A stretch of DNA of 63,972 nucleotides, filler included, from Octopus bimaculoides (taxonomy: Eukaryota), in NCBI RefSeq assembly GCF_001194135.2. It is 8 parts of 8 records of this genome, joined end to end, with 100 filler letters (N's around TTAATTAATTAA, not from the genome) between each part and the next. Parts side by side here need not be neighbours in the genome. Positions count along the whole stretch, not along the records: positions 31,473 to 47,217 come from NC_068995.1; positions 47,318 to 54,046 come from NC_068981.1; 6 more parts are not named here. One strand, written 5' to 3'. Each line of letters begins with the position of its first letter. The stretch's first letter is position 1. A program made the translations under genes and the position numbers. Below are positions 36,827 through 50,296 of this stretch, in pieces. Under the pieces are notes generated by a model, which did not search any database, was not told the origin of the DNA, and worked only from the letters and a program-made list of their open reading frames with translations.

Positions 36827-39800
36827 NNNNNNNNNNNNNNNNNNNNNNNNNNNNNNNNNNNNNNNNNNNNNNNNNNNNNNNNNNNNNNNNNNNNNNNNNN
36901 NNNNNNNNNNNNNNNNNNNNNNNNNNNNNNNNNNNNNNNNNNNNNNNNNNNNNNNNNNNNNNNNNNNNNNNNNNNNNNNNNNNNNNNNNNNNNNNNNNNN
37001 NNNNNNNNNNNNNNNNNNNNNNNNNNNNNNNNNNNNNNNNNNNNNNNNNNNNNNNNNNNNNNNNNNNNNNNNNNNNNNNNNNNNNNNNNNNNNNNNNNNN
37101 NNNNNNNNNNNNNNNNNNNNNNNNNNNNNNNNNNNNNNNNNNNNNNNNNNNNNNNNNNNNNNNNNNNNNNNNNNNNNNNNNNNNNNNNNNNNNNNNNNNN
37201 NNNNNNNNNNNNNNNNNNNNNNNNNNNNNNNNNNNNNNNNNNNNNNNNNNNNNNNNNNNNNNNNNNNNNNNNNNNNNNNNNNNNNNNNNNNNNNNNNNNN
37301 NNNNNNNNNNNNNNNNNNNNNNNNNNNNNNNNNNNNNNNNNNNNNNNNNNNNNNNNNNNNNNNNNNNNNNNNNNNNNNNNNNNNNNNNNNNNNNNNNNNN
37401 NNNNNNNNNNNNNNNNNNNNNNNNNNNNNNNNNNNNNNNNNNNNNNNNNNNNNNNNNNNNNNNNNNNNNNNNNNNNNNNNNNNNNNNNATGTAGATTGCA
37501 CGAAAAATTTTCAATTTTTAGGAATAATATATGGGATTAAAAATGATCAAAAATGATTTAATTTTATTAGTATAAAGAGTATGGTTGTTTTCCAAATAAT
37601 TGGTTTAAATATTATGTTTAAATAAAATAATTATAATTTGGTGTATAAATTTTGGCTGTTATTTCTAGTAGCAGATCAAAAGTGTTATTTCATTTTCTTT
37701 CAATTAAATTTTTTTTTTAAGTCTTACTTTTTGTTTGCTTTCTTTCATTGAATTCTTAAAAATAAAAAAAACTAAGCTCAAAAGCTATTTAATTTTCGCG
37801 GTTCCTTTTCTCCAACGATAGTCTCTTTGTTACCAAAGCAGCTATGCTATGACAGCAAACAGTTTCAACTTCCGCTTGTGGGGGTCACTGGACCGATTTC
37901 ATTGGTTGTGAAGGTTATCTCTACAGATTTTTCTATAGAAATTAATACCACCACTGATTTTGTTACGACCTTTCGTATCCTAGTACGCCTAATGTAAACA
38001 ACAATGAAATCAAGGATGAAAAATGAGTAATGTGTGTGTATAGCATATTCTAGGAGTTTTTGCTTCTTCGTCAGCACTTAACCAACCCATTAACCATCCA
38101 TGAACTCATTGCTTAAATAAACGTACTCGGATACGAAACGTCGTAACAAAATCAGTGCTGGCTAAATCTGCAAACATAACCTTAACAAGTGAGAAAGTAG
38201 CACTGCTAAAAAAGTAGAACACAGTATTGACTTATTAAAGCGCTTAATATACTTTGTAGTATATTATGGTTGCATAACGAAATATGGTATCCCTACGGAT
38301 CATTAATAATTTCATTGGTTAAAAATGAATAACTTTAAATGCTCCTATCTTGTTAATTATTAATTTTCGTAAAAAAAAAAAAATGAATGTGATATTTTAC
38401 CCCAGTGTCACTTTGATGGCATGCACTGTGCTCTCACTCAATAATAATAATAATAATTCATAGAAAATTTTCCCTTTTAATATCGCCTGTTCCAGTGTTT
38501 CGCATGTCTTCATTCATTTAAATTTATTTAAACTTCGAAACTTCTTACAACTTTTGTCGTCCTAATATATTGTTTTCATTTTGTTTAATGAAAGTTATCA
38601 CGCAGAAAATGCCAGCTTCCAAATCCTTTTTTTTTTTTTATGATCGAGTAATATTAATCAAACTTTAAACCGATGTAACATTTTTTTCTAAAATTTTTCC
38701 GGACCAAGTGAATAACATCAGATTCAGCGTGAAANNNNNNNNNNNNNNNNNNNNNNNNNNNNNNNNNNNNNNNNNNNNNNNNNNNNNNNNNNNNNNNNNN
38801 NNNNNNNNNNNNNNNNNNNNNNNNNNNNNNNNNNNNNNNNNNNNNNNNNNNNNNNNNNNNNNNNNNNNNNNNNNNNNNNNNNNNNNNNNNNNNNNNNNNN
38901 NNNNNNNNNNNNNNNNNNNNNNNNNNNNNNNNNNNNNNNNNNNNNNNNNNNNNNNNNNNNNNNNNNNNNNNNNNNNNNNNNNNNNNNNNNNNNNNNNNNN
39001 NNNNNNNNNNNNNNNNNNNNNNNNNNNNNNNNNNNNNNNNNNNNNNNNNNNNNNNNNNNNNNNNNNNNNNNNNNNNNNNNNNNNNNNNNNNNNNNNNNNN
39101 NNNNNNNNNNNNNNNNNNNNNNNNNNNNNNNNNNNNNNNNNNNNNNNNNNNNNNNNNNNNNNNNNNNNNNNNNNNNNNNNNNNNNNNNNNNNNNNNNNNN
39201 NNNNNNNNNNNNNNNNNNNNNNNNNNNNNNNNNNNNNNNNNNNNNNNNNNNNNNNNNNNNNNNNNNNNNNNNNNNNNNNNNNNNNNNNNNNNNNNNNNNN
39301 NNNNNNNNNNNNNNNNNNNNNNNNNNNNNNNNNNNNNNNNNNNNNNNNNNNNNNNNNNNNNNNNNNNNNNNNNNNNNNNNNNNNNNNNNNNNNNNNNNNN
39401 NNNNNNNNNNNNNNNNNNNNNNNNNNNNNNNNNNNNNNNNNNNNNNNNNNNNNNNNNNNNNNNNNNNNNNNNNNNNNNNNNNNNNNNNNNNNNNNNNNNN
39501 NNNNNNNNNNNNNNNNNNNNNNNNNNNNNNNNNNNNNNNNNNNNNNNNNNNNNNNNNNNNNNNNNNNNNNNNNNNNNNNNNNNNNNNNNNNNNNNNNNNN
39601 NNNNNNNNNNNNNNNNNNNNNNNNNNNNNNNNNNNNNNNNNNNNNNNNNNNNNNNNNNNNNNNNNNNNNNNNNNNNNNNNNNNNNNNNNNNNNNNNNNNN
39701 TGAATGTATGTGTGTGTGTGTAAATGGTCCTGTAATTCTCTTCATATGCATAGATATACACATCGTATGTGTGTGTGTGACAATACAATATTGTCTTTTT

Positions 39801-40834
39801 GAAGATTGAATGTATTAAACATGGCTTTTGAATGCTCTTTTCTAGTATCGTTATGGATTCTATCATAATGTTCATTGTGGTGATAGCAGCGTTGATGGTG
39901 GTGGTTGCTGGTGGTAATGATGGCGGCGGTGACTATGGTGGTGGTGGTGGTGGTGGTGGCGTCAGCGGTAGCTATGGCGGAGTGGTAATAGTTATGATCA
40001 TAGTAGTGGTAATGGTGGGCGGTGTTGGTGGTGGTGATGATGGCGGTAGTGGTGGTGGCGATAATATTAGCTGTGATAGGTAGGGGTATGGGCGGTAGTC
40101 GTGGTGGTGGTGGGGACTTGATGTACTAACAGTGGTGGTGGTACCAGTGGCGATGAGGGTAATGCTAGTAGTGGTGATAGTAGTGATTGAGGTAGCAATA
40201 GTAGTAATGGTGGTAACGGTGTCAGTAGTGGTGGTCATAAGGGAAGAGGGGATTGGGTTTAGCAGTGGTATTAGTGACATTAACAGCAGCAGCAGTAGTA
40301 GTTGTATAAGTAAAAATGGTGGTCGTGGCAGTAGTATTAGTGCTAACGGAAATGGCGGTAGTAATTGTGAAGCTGGTGTTATGTCATTTAATTGCACTAA
40401 AGTCTGTTAATCTCTCCCTTTTTCTCTAATTTTCCTTCAGTTTTTTTCCAAATTAATGAAATACATCCATCCAATTATATCTTTTGCATTGACAGTTTCA
40501 TGTCACACCAATGAAGTCTTTTTCTCTGTTTGTGTGTGTGTGTAAGTCTCACACTATCAACTTCAGTGTGTATTGCAAGGTTCTGTGTTAACACCCTTAT
40601 TCTTTCTTTGCTTCATTTTATTACTTGCCTGCTGTCACTTCTGTAAAGGTGCATGGCTTAATGGTTTGTGCATTCAGCTCGCAATCGTTAGGTCATGAGT
40701 TCAATTCCCAGCGATGTGTTATATCCTTGAGCAAGGCACTTTACTTCACACTACTCCACTCCACTCAGATGAGTTGTACCTGTATTTCAAAGGGCCAGCC
40801 TTGTCACACTGAATCTCCCTGAGAACTACATTAA

Positions 40835-41053
40835 CCCTTTAGCATTTAAACCGGCCATAACCGGCCAAAAGTATTCTGCCTATTCTATGTTCAAACTGGC
40901 CAGATCTGGTCTCTCACACCAACCCTACAATATGGTTTTAAAAATTAACAGCTACCTCATCAAAATCTCAGCTGTGAGATAATGCTTGATTAGTTCAAAA
41001 CAATGTGGATAAAAAAGATTTAATTTTGGCAGAATAACGTGAACACTAAAGGG
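40835..41053. mobile_element. piggyBac-type MITE inserted in a SINE
   Basis: TTAA|CCCTTTAG...CTAAAGGG|TTAA. Removing it restores the SINE sequence gagaactacaTTAAggggtatatgtgtctgtgga. Confidence 0.9.
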
Positions 41054-42998
41054 TTAAGGGGTATATGTGTCTGTGGAATGCTCAGCCATTTCTCATTGCC
41101 TCCCCCTCTGCATCTTCTCTGCTGTGCTCCACAACCCAGATCCCATGATAGTCATTTTACCTAGTGAATCATCAACTTCTGATCGGTGGATTGGTGGGAC
41201 CACAAGATACCTGGTGGTATTTGTTTCACCTCTGTGGATTGTCAGTTCAAATTCTGCCATGACTTTCATTTCAATTCTGATAGACTTAATCCATCATCTG
41301 GTGATTAGGGGTCCTTTGGTAGAGTCCATTTTATTGTAACCATTCAAGCCTGGTCCCTCTGGTTCAAGAATACCTCTTTTTCTCCTTGTGGAGGCACTTG
41401 GCTTAGTGGTTAGGTTGTTGGATTCATGATTGTAAGATTGCGGTTTCAATTCCTGGACCAGGTGATGCATTGTGTTCTTGAGTAAAACACTTCATTTCAC
41501 ATAGTTCCAGTCCACTAAGCTGGGAAACATGAGCCATCCTGCGAATGAGCGGCATCCTGTCCAGATGGGGAATATATATGCCATGAAACTAGGAAACCAG
41601 CCCTTATGAGTCAGTATGACTCACAAAGTAACTTTCCCTTTCCCTCCTTCCCTCTCACCAGTGTCAGAGACTCTTTGAATTGTCCGAGGCGTTGCCAACC
41701 ACACCATATGGTTCCGGGCTCAATCCCATTGCATGGCACCTTGGGCAAGTGTCTTCTACTATAGCCTTGGGCCAATCAAAGCTTTGTGCGCAGATTTGGT
41801 AGATGGAAACTGAATGAAGTCTATTGTGTATGTGCGTGTGTGTTTGTTTCACCACCACTTGACAACTGGTGTTGATTGCTTTTACGTCCCCGTAACTTCA
41901 CGGTTCAGCAAAATTAGTACTGGAGTCAATTCAATTGTGCTAAAATTCTTCAAGGCAGTGCTGCATTCTAATAAATGAAGAAAAGAATATCTCAAAATTC
42001 CTCACCCACCGCCTTCCTTTTCTTACATAAGAAACAAAAACAGACAAAACAGATAATTACTCTATATGTCCTTGGCCTAACACTGCTATCAGTAGGTTGA
42101 GGTAACATTTGAGATAAGCCCTTCAGATACTGTGGCTGCAAAAGCTGTACCATGTGAGAAGATAGGACACAGCTTATCGTCATTCACCCTCCCGTTCAAT
42201 GTCCTTCATCTCAAGTCAGCACAACTGTGTTGAAGTTTCGTTATTGCTGGCTACTCAGCCTTCAGAATGGATCGACCACTTTCTCTCGACAACAATGGAC
42301 AGGTAGTGTCTTGTTGGAAATGAATGGTATGTTAATGTCATTGTTGTCACTGTTGCTGCCACCGTTGTCATTGTTATCATTGTTGTAATCATCATCATCC
42401 TCATCATCTTCATCATCATCGTCATAATCATTGTTGTTGTCATTATCATCATGATTGTTGTCAGCATCATCGTCATCATCATCATCATCATCATTATCAT
42501 GTCATCGTTGTTGTCATTGTTTTAACATCCACTTTTCCCTGCTTGCATGAGTCGGATGGAATTTGCTAAAGCAAATTTTGTTATGGTTAAATGTCTTTCC
42601 TGTCACCAAACCGCAGCTGTTTCCAAATAAGGCAATATTTTTTTCTCCCCATGGTCAGACATGTTTTCACTGAAGATTGGAAATGAAAGACGACACTTGC
42701 ATGACAGTAATGTTCATTTTTAAGTATCATGATGTCAAGACAAGGAAACAGTAGCACACACACATATATGCATACAAAGACATATATATGTATGTATATA
42801 TATATATATAGATATATATACACATATATATACATGCATCTATGTGTGTGTGTATATGTATTTGACACCTATTTCTAGCATTGGCGCTGGTAATTTATTT
42901 CCAGTAGCCCATAATCTCTATAATTACATACATGAAAAAATTAATATTGCCTATATGGTCATTTTTAAATGCTGGGCCACTGATATAATCATTTTATG

Positions 42999-43058
<60 letters not shown>

Positions 43059-44869
43059 CACACACACATGACTGGCTTTTTTAGTTTCCTTCTACCAAAT
43101 TCGCTCACAAGGCTTTGGTTGGCCTATAGCTATAGCAGAAGACACTTGCTCAATGTACCATGCAGTGGAACAGAACTCAGAACCATGTGGTTGGGAAGCA
43201 AGTCCAACCCATGCCAGTTTGGAACATGGATGTTAAATGATGATGATGATGTGTATGATTGTATGCGTATATGTATACCTACACACACATGCACACACAC
43301 ACACACACATACACACACACACACATACACACACACACATACACAAGCACACATATATATGTGTATAAGGGCATCCAGCTGTAGAAACTCTGCCAAATCA
43401 GATTGGAGCCTGGTGTAGCCATCTGGTTTCACCAGTCCTCAGTCAAATCGTCCAACCCATGCTAGCATGGAAAGCGGACGTTAAACGGCAATGATGATGA
43501 TAAAAGTAAACTGCCAGTCAGTGTTTTAAGCCCCAATATTATAAACTTGTGAAGAGTAGTATCAGAGTAAAAGATCAGTACTTTATCACTTGGCACACTC
43601 ATGATGGATTCTCTGAAAGGTTTTTTTTTATAAATCTTGGTCTTAATCATCTCATGAGAGAGTTGACAGGAAGTTGGAAGCTGGAAGTAAACTAAGGAAG
43701 GGCAAATAGAGACAGGAAGAATGAACAAAAAAAAAAAAGAGAAGAGAGAAATAAGAGCCAATAAAAAAGAAAGGAAAATAAAAGTCAAAGCAAAACAAAG
43801 ACAAAATGGAGGACAGACAATTACGATGAAGGAGATGATTGTTAAAATGGAGGAAAAACTGAGTCGATAGAAAAGATGAAGCAGAGACCGTTGGGTAAAA
43901 GGAAAAAAACTGTTAGATATAAGGAAAAGCTTTGAACTTGTTTGTTATTATATTTCAATGAAAATATAATGCTTTTGTTGAAGTTATTTTGAAAATAATG
44001 AGGAATTTAATAAAATATCTTTTTCATTATTAAAATGGTGTTTGGAACAAACACAAACGTGAAATTTTGATGAAAGATATTAATTTCAATCAGTTTAAAA
44101 CAGGAAATTTGTTTCAAAGAAACAGTTTGGTCTCAGGCAGGTTGGTATCAAAAGGATTATGTTGAAGGGAAATTGATGTAGGTTAAAGATGGAGGTAAAA
44201 TACAGGTATAATATATAAGATATAATGAGAGGAAAAGAGTGAACATGGAGGAAAGGCTGCTGGGGTAAAGGAAAGACAAATTAAGATGAAAGTATATGTT
44301 GAGAGGGTTAAAATGAAGGAAGAATTATAAGCTTAGAGTAAAGACAACTGCATGGAAACTGAGGAAGTTTTCAGGAGGGACTAAGCTATGATTAAGGGAA
44401 TATGGCTATAATCTTTTCTACTTTAGGCACAAGGCCCAACATTTTTGGGAAGGAAGCCAGTCGATTAGATCAACCCCCAATACACAACTGCGATGTGTTG
44501 TGTCCTTGAGCAAGACACTTTATTTCACGTTGCTCCAGTCCACTCAACTGGCAAAAATGAGTAGTACCTGTATTTCAAAGGGCTAGCTTTGTCACACTTT
44601 GTGTCACGCTGAATCTCCTCGAGAACTACGTTAAGGGTACACTTGTCGGTGGAGTGCTCAGCCACTTGCACATTAATTTCACGAGCAGGCTGTTCCGTTG
44701 GTCGTATCAGCTGGGACCCTTGTTGTAACCGACGGAGTGCTCCTATTCCTATGTCTGTATACATGACCAAAGTCTTGTGAGTGAATGTGGTAGACAGAAA
44801 CTGAAAGAGGTCTATTGTACATGTATACATACAGATATATACACACATACACATATATGTATGTATGTC

Positions 44870-45240
44870 ATTATTCGGTTTTATTTCAAGATTTCTTACC
44901 AATAGAGAAAGAACCAGTTTCTAACCTAGATCCAAGGCTTCTTCATTGGAATTTCAACAACATCAGCAGGGCATGTATGTATATGTGCAGATTTGTATGT
45001 TTTTTTTTTTATGTATGTATGTATTTTCATGCATATAGTTGCATGTCATGACATGCTCATATATACTTAAATGATAAACTTCTGAAAAGTTTTACAGATT
45101 TTTACAGTTCCAGCGATGGGTTGGATCTGTAATATTCGAATCAGCTTTCTCCTATCTGGTTTTGAGAAGCCTAATTTCTCAAGGTTGGTAGTTAGGCAGT
45201 GCTCCATTAATTACAGGTATAAACCGGAACTTGTAATCTG
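44870..45240 (+). repeat. Unclassified interspersed repeat with a central microsatellite
   Basis: ctaacctagatccaaggcttcttcattggaatttcaacaac and acagttcc...agctttctcct...ctcaaggttggt blocks recur at ~33730-34085; a left-end fragment is at ~33450-33550. Confidence 0.65.
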
Positions 45241-45261
45241 TATGTATGCATCTAGGTATGT

Positions 45262-45300
45262 ACACTTCTTGCCCTTTTGGTTAAGATCAAAGTGTAGCAT
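45262..45300 (+). pseudogene. Truncated U2 snRNA 5' fragment (about 39 nt)
   Basis: acacttcttgcccttttggttaagatcaaagtgtagcat versus U2 atcgcttctcggccttttggctaagatcaa(a)gtgtagtat. It stops at the branch-point recognition sequence. Confidence 0.75.
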
Positions 45301-45571
45301 ATATGTATGTATGTATATATCTATGTTGCTTGTATTTGTGTTTTTCTCCCATCACAACTTAACAACTGGTGTTGGCGTGTTTATGTCCCTGCAACTTAGC
45401 GGTTCGGCAAAAAGAAACCTATAAAGTAAGTACCAGACTTTAGAAAAACGAATAAGTACTGGGGTCGATTTGTTCAACTAAAATTCTTCAAGGCAGTGCC
45501 CCAGTATGGCCGCAGTTCAATAATTAACAGAAACAAGATGATAAAAGATCTCTCTATATATCTATCTATCT

Positions 45572-45698
45572 ACCAACCGCATGGTTCCGGGTTCAGTCCC
45601 ACTGCGTGGCACCTTGGACAAGTGTCTTCTACTGTGGCCTCAGGCCAACCAAAGCCTTGTGAGTGGATTTGGTAGACGGAAACTGAAAGAAGTCCGTC
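45572..45698 (+). mobile_element. SINE family B (ggttccgggttcagtcccactgcgtggcaccttgggcaagtgtc)
   Basis: Copies also at ~6530-6670(+), 15810-15965(-), 22050-22210(+), 26520-26660(-), 41690-41830(+) and 43070-43200(-). Confidence 0.8.
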
Positions 45699-46583
45699 NN
45701 NNNNNNNNNNNNNNNNNNNNNNNNNNNNNNNNNNNNNNNNNNNNNNNNNNNNNNNNNNNNNNNNNNNNNNNNNNNNNNNNNNNNNNNNNNNNNNNNNNNN
45801 NNNNNNNNNNNNNNNNNNNNNNNNNNNNNNNNNNNNNNNNNNNNNNNNNNNNNNNNNNNNNNNNNNNNNNNNNNNNNNNNNNNNNNNNNNNNNNNNNNNN
45901 NNNNNNNNNNNNNNNNNNNNNNNNNNNNNNNNNNNNNNNNNNNNNNNNNNNNNNNNNNNNNNNNNNNNNNNNNNNNNNNNNNNNNNNNNNNNNNNNNNNN
46001 NNNNNNNNNNNNNNNNNNNNNNNNNNNNNNNNNNNNNNNNNNNNNNNNNNNNNNNNNNNNNNNNNNNNNNNNNNNNNNNNTATATGTATTTATTTTCTCC
46101 TAATTAATAAATAACTCGGGCAAAATAAATTGGTTAATAGATACCAGGGTAGCAAAGATCACAAAATAACTGTGGTGTAACTCCTGTTTATGAGGTAGAA
46201 ACTCCTTGATATTTTGGGTATATATATATATATATATATATTTATATTCGCACACGTGCGAATATATATATATATATATATATTTATATTCGCACACGTG
46301 CGAACTTGTGTTTGTAGATGTATACGTTTTATAGCACTATTGTATATAGTTTAGGAACGAGAAAAAATCAAAGAAAAAGTGGGATTTGAAGATAAATTGT
46401 TGATCTGGTTTGCTGGTCGGCTTGTTGGCTGGCTGGTTGGTTGGCTGGCTGGCATGAGTGATGGTTGTTGGAAATGAAATGACAGACTGAGGAACGGTTA
46501 GTGTTTTATTGTTTGTTTCTTTTCTGCTGGTTGCTTGTTGGTGAAAAGATAGCGAGAATTTGAAATACAAGTTATTGTTGTAT

Positions 46584-46625
<42 letters not shown>

Positions 46626-47180
46626 ATGAGGAGAGGAGTGAGAGGATGAGGAGAGGAGAGAGAATTGCATGACGGAGTGAGTGAGAGTATTAATGACAGA
46701 AAGAGAGAAAGAGAGAGGGGGAAGACGAAGATGTCGGCAGAGTGTGAGGTTAGAAAAAGAAAGCAGCAGCGGAGTGGGAGGAGGAAGGGGAGAAGAGACG
46801 TTGATGGAGAAAGAGAGAAACAAAGAGTTGCTTGAGTGGTGGTGGTGGTGGGGGGGAGGTTTAAAAGAAAGGCTTTAAGTGTGATGAAGAGAGGGAAATA
46901 GAGAGCGAGTGAGATAGAGATAGAGAGAGAGAGAGAGAATGCAAAAGAGTGAGTGAGAGAGAGGAAGGGAAGGTAATAGGAAGGAAACAGTGGTTGAAAA
47001 GATAAGGGGTGGTGGTGGTGGTAGTGAAAGGGTTAGAGTTAAAGAGAGGAATGTGTGTATATGAGTTTATCTCTGTGTGTGTGTGTGTGTATATGTCTGT
47101 ATATATCTATGTATGCGTATAGAGGAAGGGTCAGCTATAAAGACAAGGGTTGTGTGTATATGGAAGAAAGGTGATGTATA

Positions 47181-47217
<37 letters not shown>

Positions 47218-48511
47218 NNNNNNNNNNNNNNNNNNNNNNNNNNNNNNNNNNNNNNNNNNNNTTAATTAATTAANNNNNNNNNNNNNNNNNNNNNNNNNNN
47301 NNNNNNNNNNNNNNNNNTATATGCATATATATATATATATACATGTTTATGTGTGGATATGTGTGGATACGTGTGTTTATGTGTCTGTGTGCGTGTTTAC
47401 AAATAATGTACACATATATTACAGAGCGAGAAAAAGACAGACGGATAGATAGACAGACAGACAGAGCGTCGAAGGAAATCATAGATATATTATTATCGTT
47501 ATTATATATGTGCATCTACTTTTCACAGAATTTTATTAACGCCTGATTCAATAAACGATTATTCTTGTTGCTTAGCTGGATACTGATGACAGTTGAATTA
47601 AATTATCATTAATAAGCATCATGACGTATTTTGAAATATGATTCCTATTCGAAGATACATATTTTTTTTCAGTTGGAAATTTGTGCAATACTAAATTTCT
47701 ATCTAAATAATTGAGAGAGAAAAACGATGAGCGAGCGAGAATTAATGTGAAACCATCATCGTGTTTTAAAACCATCTAATTCCGATGTCACCGGACATTA
47801 ATTACTAAATTCTTTTATACAGCTTGTCATATCTTGAACATCTTCCTTCTGTAACTTTTAAACATTGCCGAATGTAAATCCGCGTTAGCATAGATAGAAA
47901 TACTTAAAAATACGTTTCAATGCTCTTCTTTATGCTCGAATATTTCGAACATGTGAAGGGTTACTTAAATCCCTGAAATAATTCCAATTTCATTGGTAAG
48001 TCTCGATGTTGACTAAAGCATTATAACTATGCAGTGTTTGCCGTTATAATTTACTTACGATATCTGCCTAAATATTATTGGGACTTTTGCTATGTCAACG
48101 GAGAAAAACTACGCAGAGTAAAGCCGTTTGGTACAGATACAACTTGAACTCTGTCACACATGCAAACCACGTTATAACGCAGTCACTCACTTTCGTAATT
48201 CCTTGCAGTGTTTCGAAATAAATCGTGTAAAATTTGGTTTTCTAACCACACTAGAGAATTTACTTCAAACAAAATGTCCAAAATGTGTAAAAATTATAAC
48301 TTAAAAGTTTATTACAGGTAGGAATCTTTACAAAAATGGATTGCGCTTGAAATGAACAAGATTTCACGATTAACAAATCTCAGGACGATGATATATAGAA
48401 GACATTTAAAAAAAGATGCCATACTTTGCAATTGAATCCGATAATTCTGGCCGGGACGTAACCTTGTTAATAAGTAGCCAACGCTAACTTAATATATTAC
48501 CATTTAACAGT

Positions 48512-48542
48512 AACATATAGCAAATGATGCTTGCGTAATATC

Positions 48543-48595
<53 letters not shown>

Positions 48596-48623
48596 ATTGC
48601 GCAAACATCATTTGCTATATGTT
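48512..48623. repeat. 35-bp inverted arms around a (TA)n core
   Basis: aacatatagcaaatgatgcttgcgtaatatcatat / atatgatattgcgcaaacatcatttgctatatgtt (2 differences). Confidence 0.9.
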
Positions 48624-48879
48624 CCTAAAATATAGGATTTTTGTAATTTTTTTAGGATACCGTTAAATCTAAGGAATTTATGTCAATACCCACTCTATTC
48701 AGTATTTATTATTCAATGCAAAATAGAGTGATGAAACTTGCAGGAAAATACATTTATTTGTTCGGAAGTCATGTACGTTCTTTTATTAAAGAATGTTTGC
48801 GGTTTAAATTTGCTAGCCAACCTACAATAATGCATGGTGGAATCATAACCGATGATATTGTTCAGCAAAATGCAAAAAC

Positions 48880-49660
48880 ATGCATGCACACTCAGATACA
48901 GTCTGTTAGACCTATCCGCAGTAGTCGTTGCTTCTGCCCTACCCACACATTTAAACATAATAACAAAAGAAGATCATCATGAAGTAATAGACAATTCTAA
49001 AATAAGATGAGAAAGCATCAAATACAGAAATATTCTTGCAATAGAGAGTGATGTTCAACATTTAGAAGCAGCCTACTTTGTCGGAAGAAAAGACCGAATA
49101 AGGACTGGAGTAATAAAAGGAATCAAATTATATCCTCAGATCGATTCTGAAGAACACTCTGTTTTGATTGAAGAACCCAATTTACTATGTTGGTCATATT
49201 ACTCCTGGTTCTGGTCAGTCATCAGCTATTGCATGAACGATATTATCATCTTTGCCGAAAAAGATGTTGCTTTAGATGTTTTAAGTGTGGTTGGCTGTGA
49301 TGGGACGAATGTAAACGTAGAAATCCATAACGGTTTCATTCGATCGCTAGAATAAAGTATTCAGTCTCCACCCCCATGGTTAACCTGTCTCCTTCACAGG
49401 AATATGTTTGAGATATTTATCATAGTTATTGATAGGTCAACGTCAAGATCATCGAGCTACTCTACAACGATTAGAAAGGAAATAAAAGTTTGTGAAAATC
49501 ATCTAGTTGTTAAATTTGTTCCTCTTAAGTATCGACTTTTATGACGATGCCAACACTTAGACTTGAGCAGCTTTTTGAAGGAGTAAGCTCTGGTATCATA
49601 AACTAGCAATATAGCCCGGCATTGCATGAGATTTAGTTAGGATTATTAAATGATCATGCG
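48880..49660 (+). mobile_element. Decayed hAT-like DDE transposase (resembles the hATm type; unconfirmed)
   Basis: Frame-broken motifs: VIDNSKIR, YFVGRKD, EEHSVLIEEP, VGHITPGSG, VVGCDGTNVN, WLTCLLH (CxxH), VCENHLVVKF. Multiple stop codons. Confidence 0.75.
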
Positions 49661-50296
49661 ATTTATTTCAAACCAAAATAAGTAACACCGACATAAAATT
49701 TGAGCGAAATCCGCTGAAATTGTTAAATGTTTGGCTGAAAATGGGTTGCAGGTAATTTGATTGTAAATTATAGGGAATTGGTTTATCGATTATTTCCACT
49801 CATGGATTTTTTTTTTTTTTTTGAGAATTTAAAGCATTCAAAGATCCCATGAGTCCTAAGTAATGATGGCATCAAATTTGAACAAAATATGTCAAAACAA
49901 GTAAAAGCTATGGCTGAAAATGGGGCGTAGCCAATTTTATTGGAGAATCCTATATGGAATCGGTTTATCAATATTTTTATCCTGATTGAATGGAAAACCT
50001 CATAAGGAATCAATTCATTGATTTTTCACCCCAAATACGACTTAACCGAACATAACATTGCTGATTCAGAAAAATCTATATTTATACTTTAAAGTTGGTT
50101 TTCACACCCAACCCAATTCTGCAGAATCAGTGTCGCGACGGGAACTCAAGGGTTAGGAGTTTGACCTGCAGAGGGAATCAGGTTGCACATGCCGACTCTT
50201 TTGAAGACACCACCCCCATAATCTAACCCCACTTGTCCCATGGATTGAGAAACCTTCCAGCAGGGAATGACTAACTCCTCCTAGGGGTACTGTCGG

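Noticed and set aside
39832-40410. Gly/Val- and Thr-rich ORFs resembling mucins or glycine-rich proteins
   Set aside because: Compound (GTG/GTA/GCA)n microsatellite open in several frames; no splice context.
42130-42310. Possible plus-strand exon with AG...GT ends
   Set aside because: Open in two frames, no recognisable domain, no partner exons.
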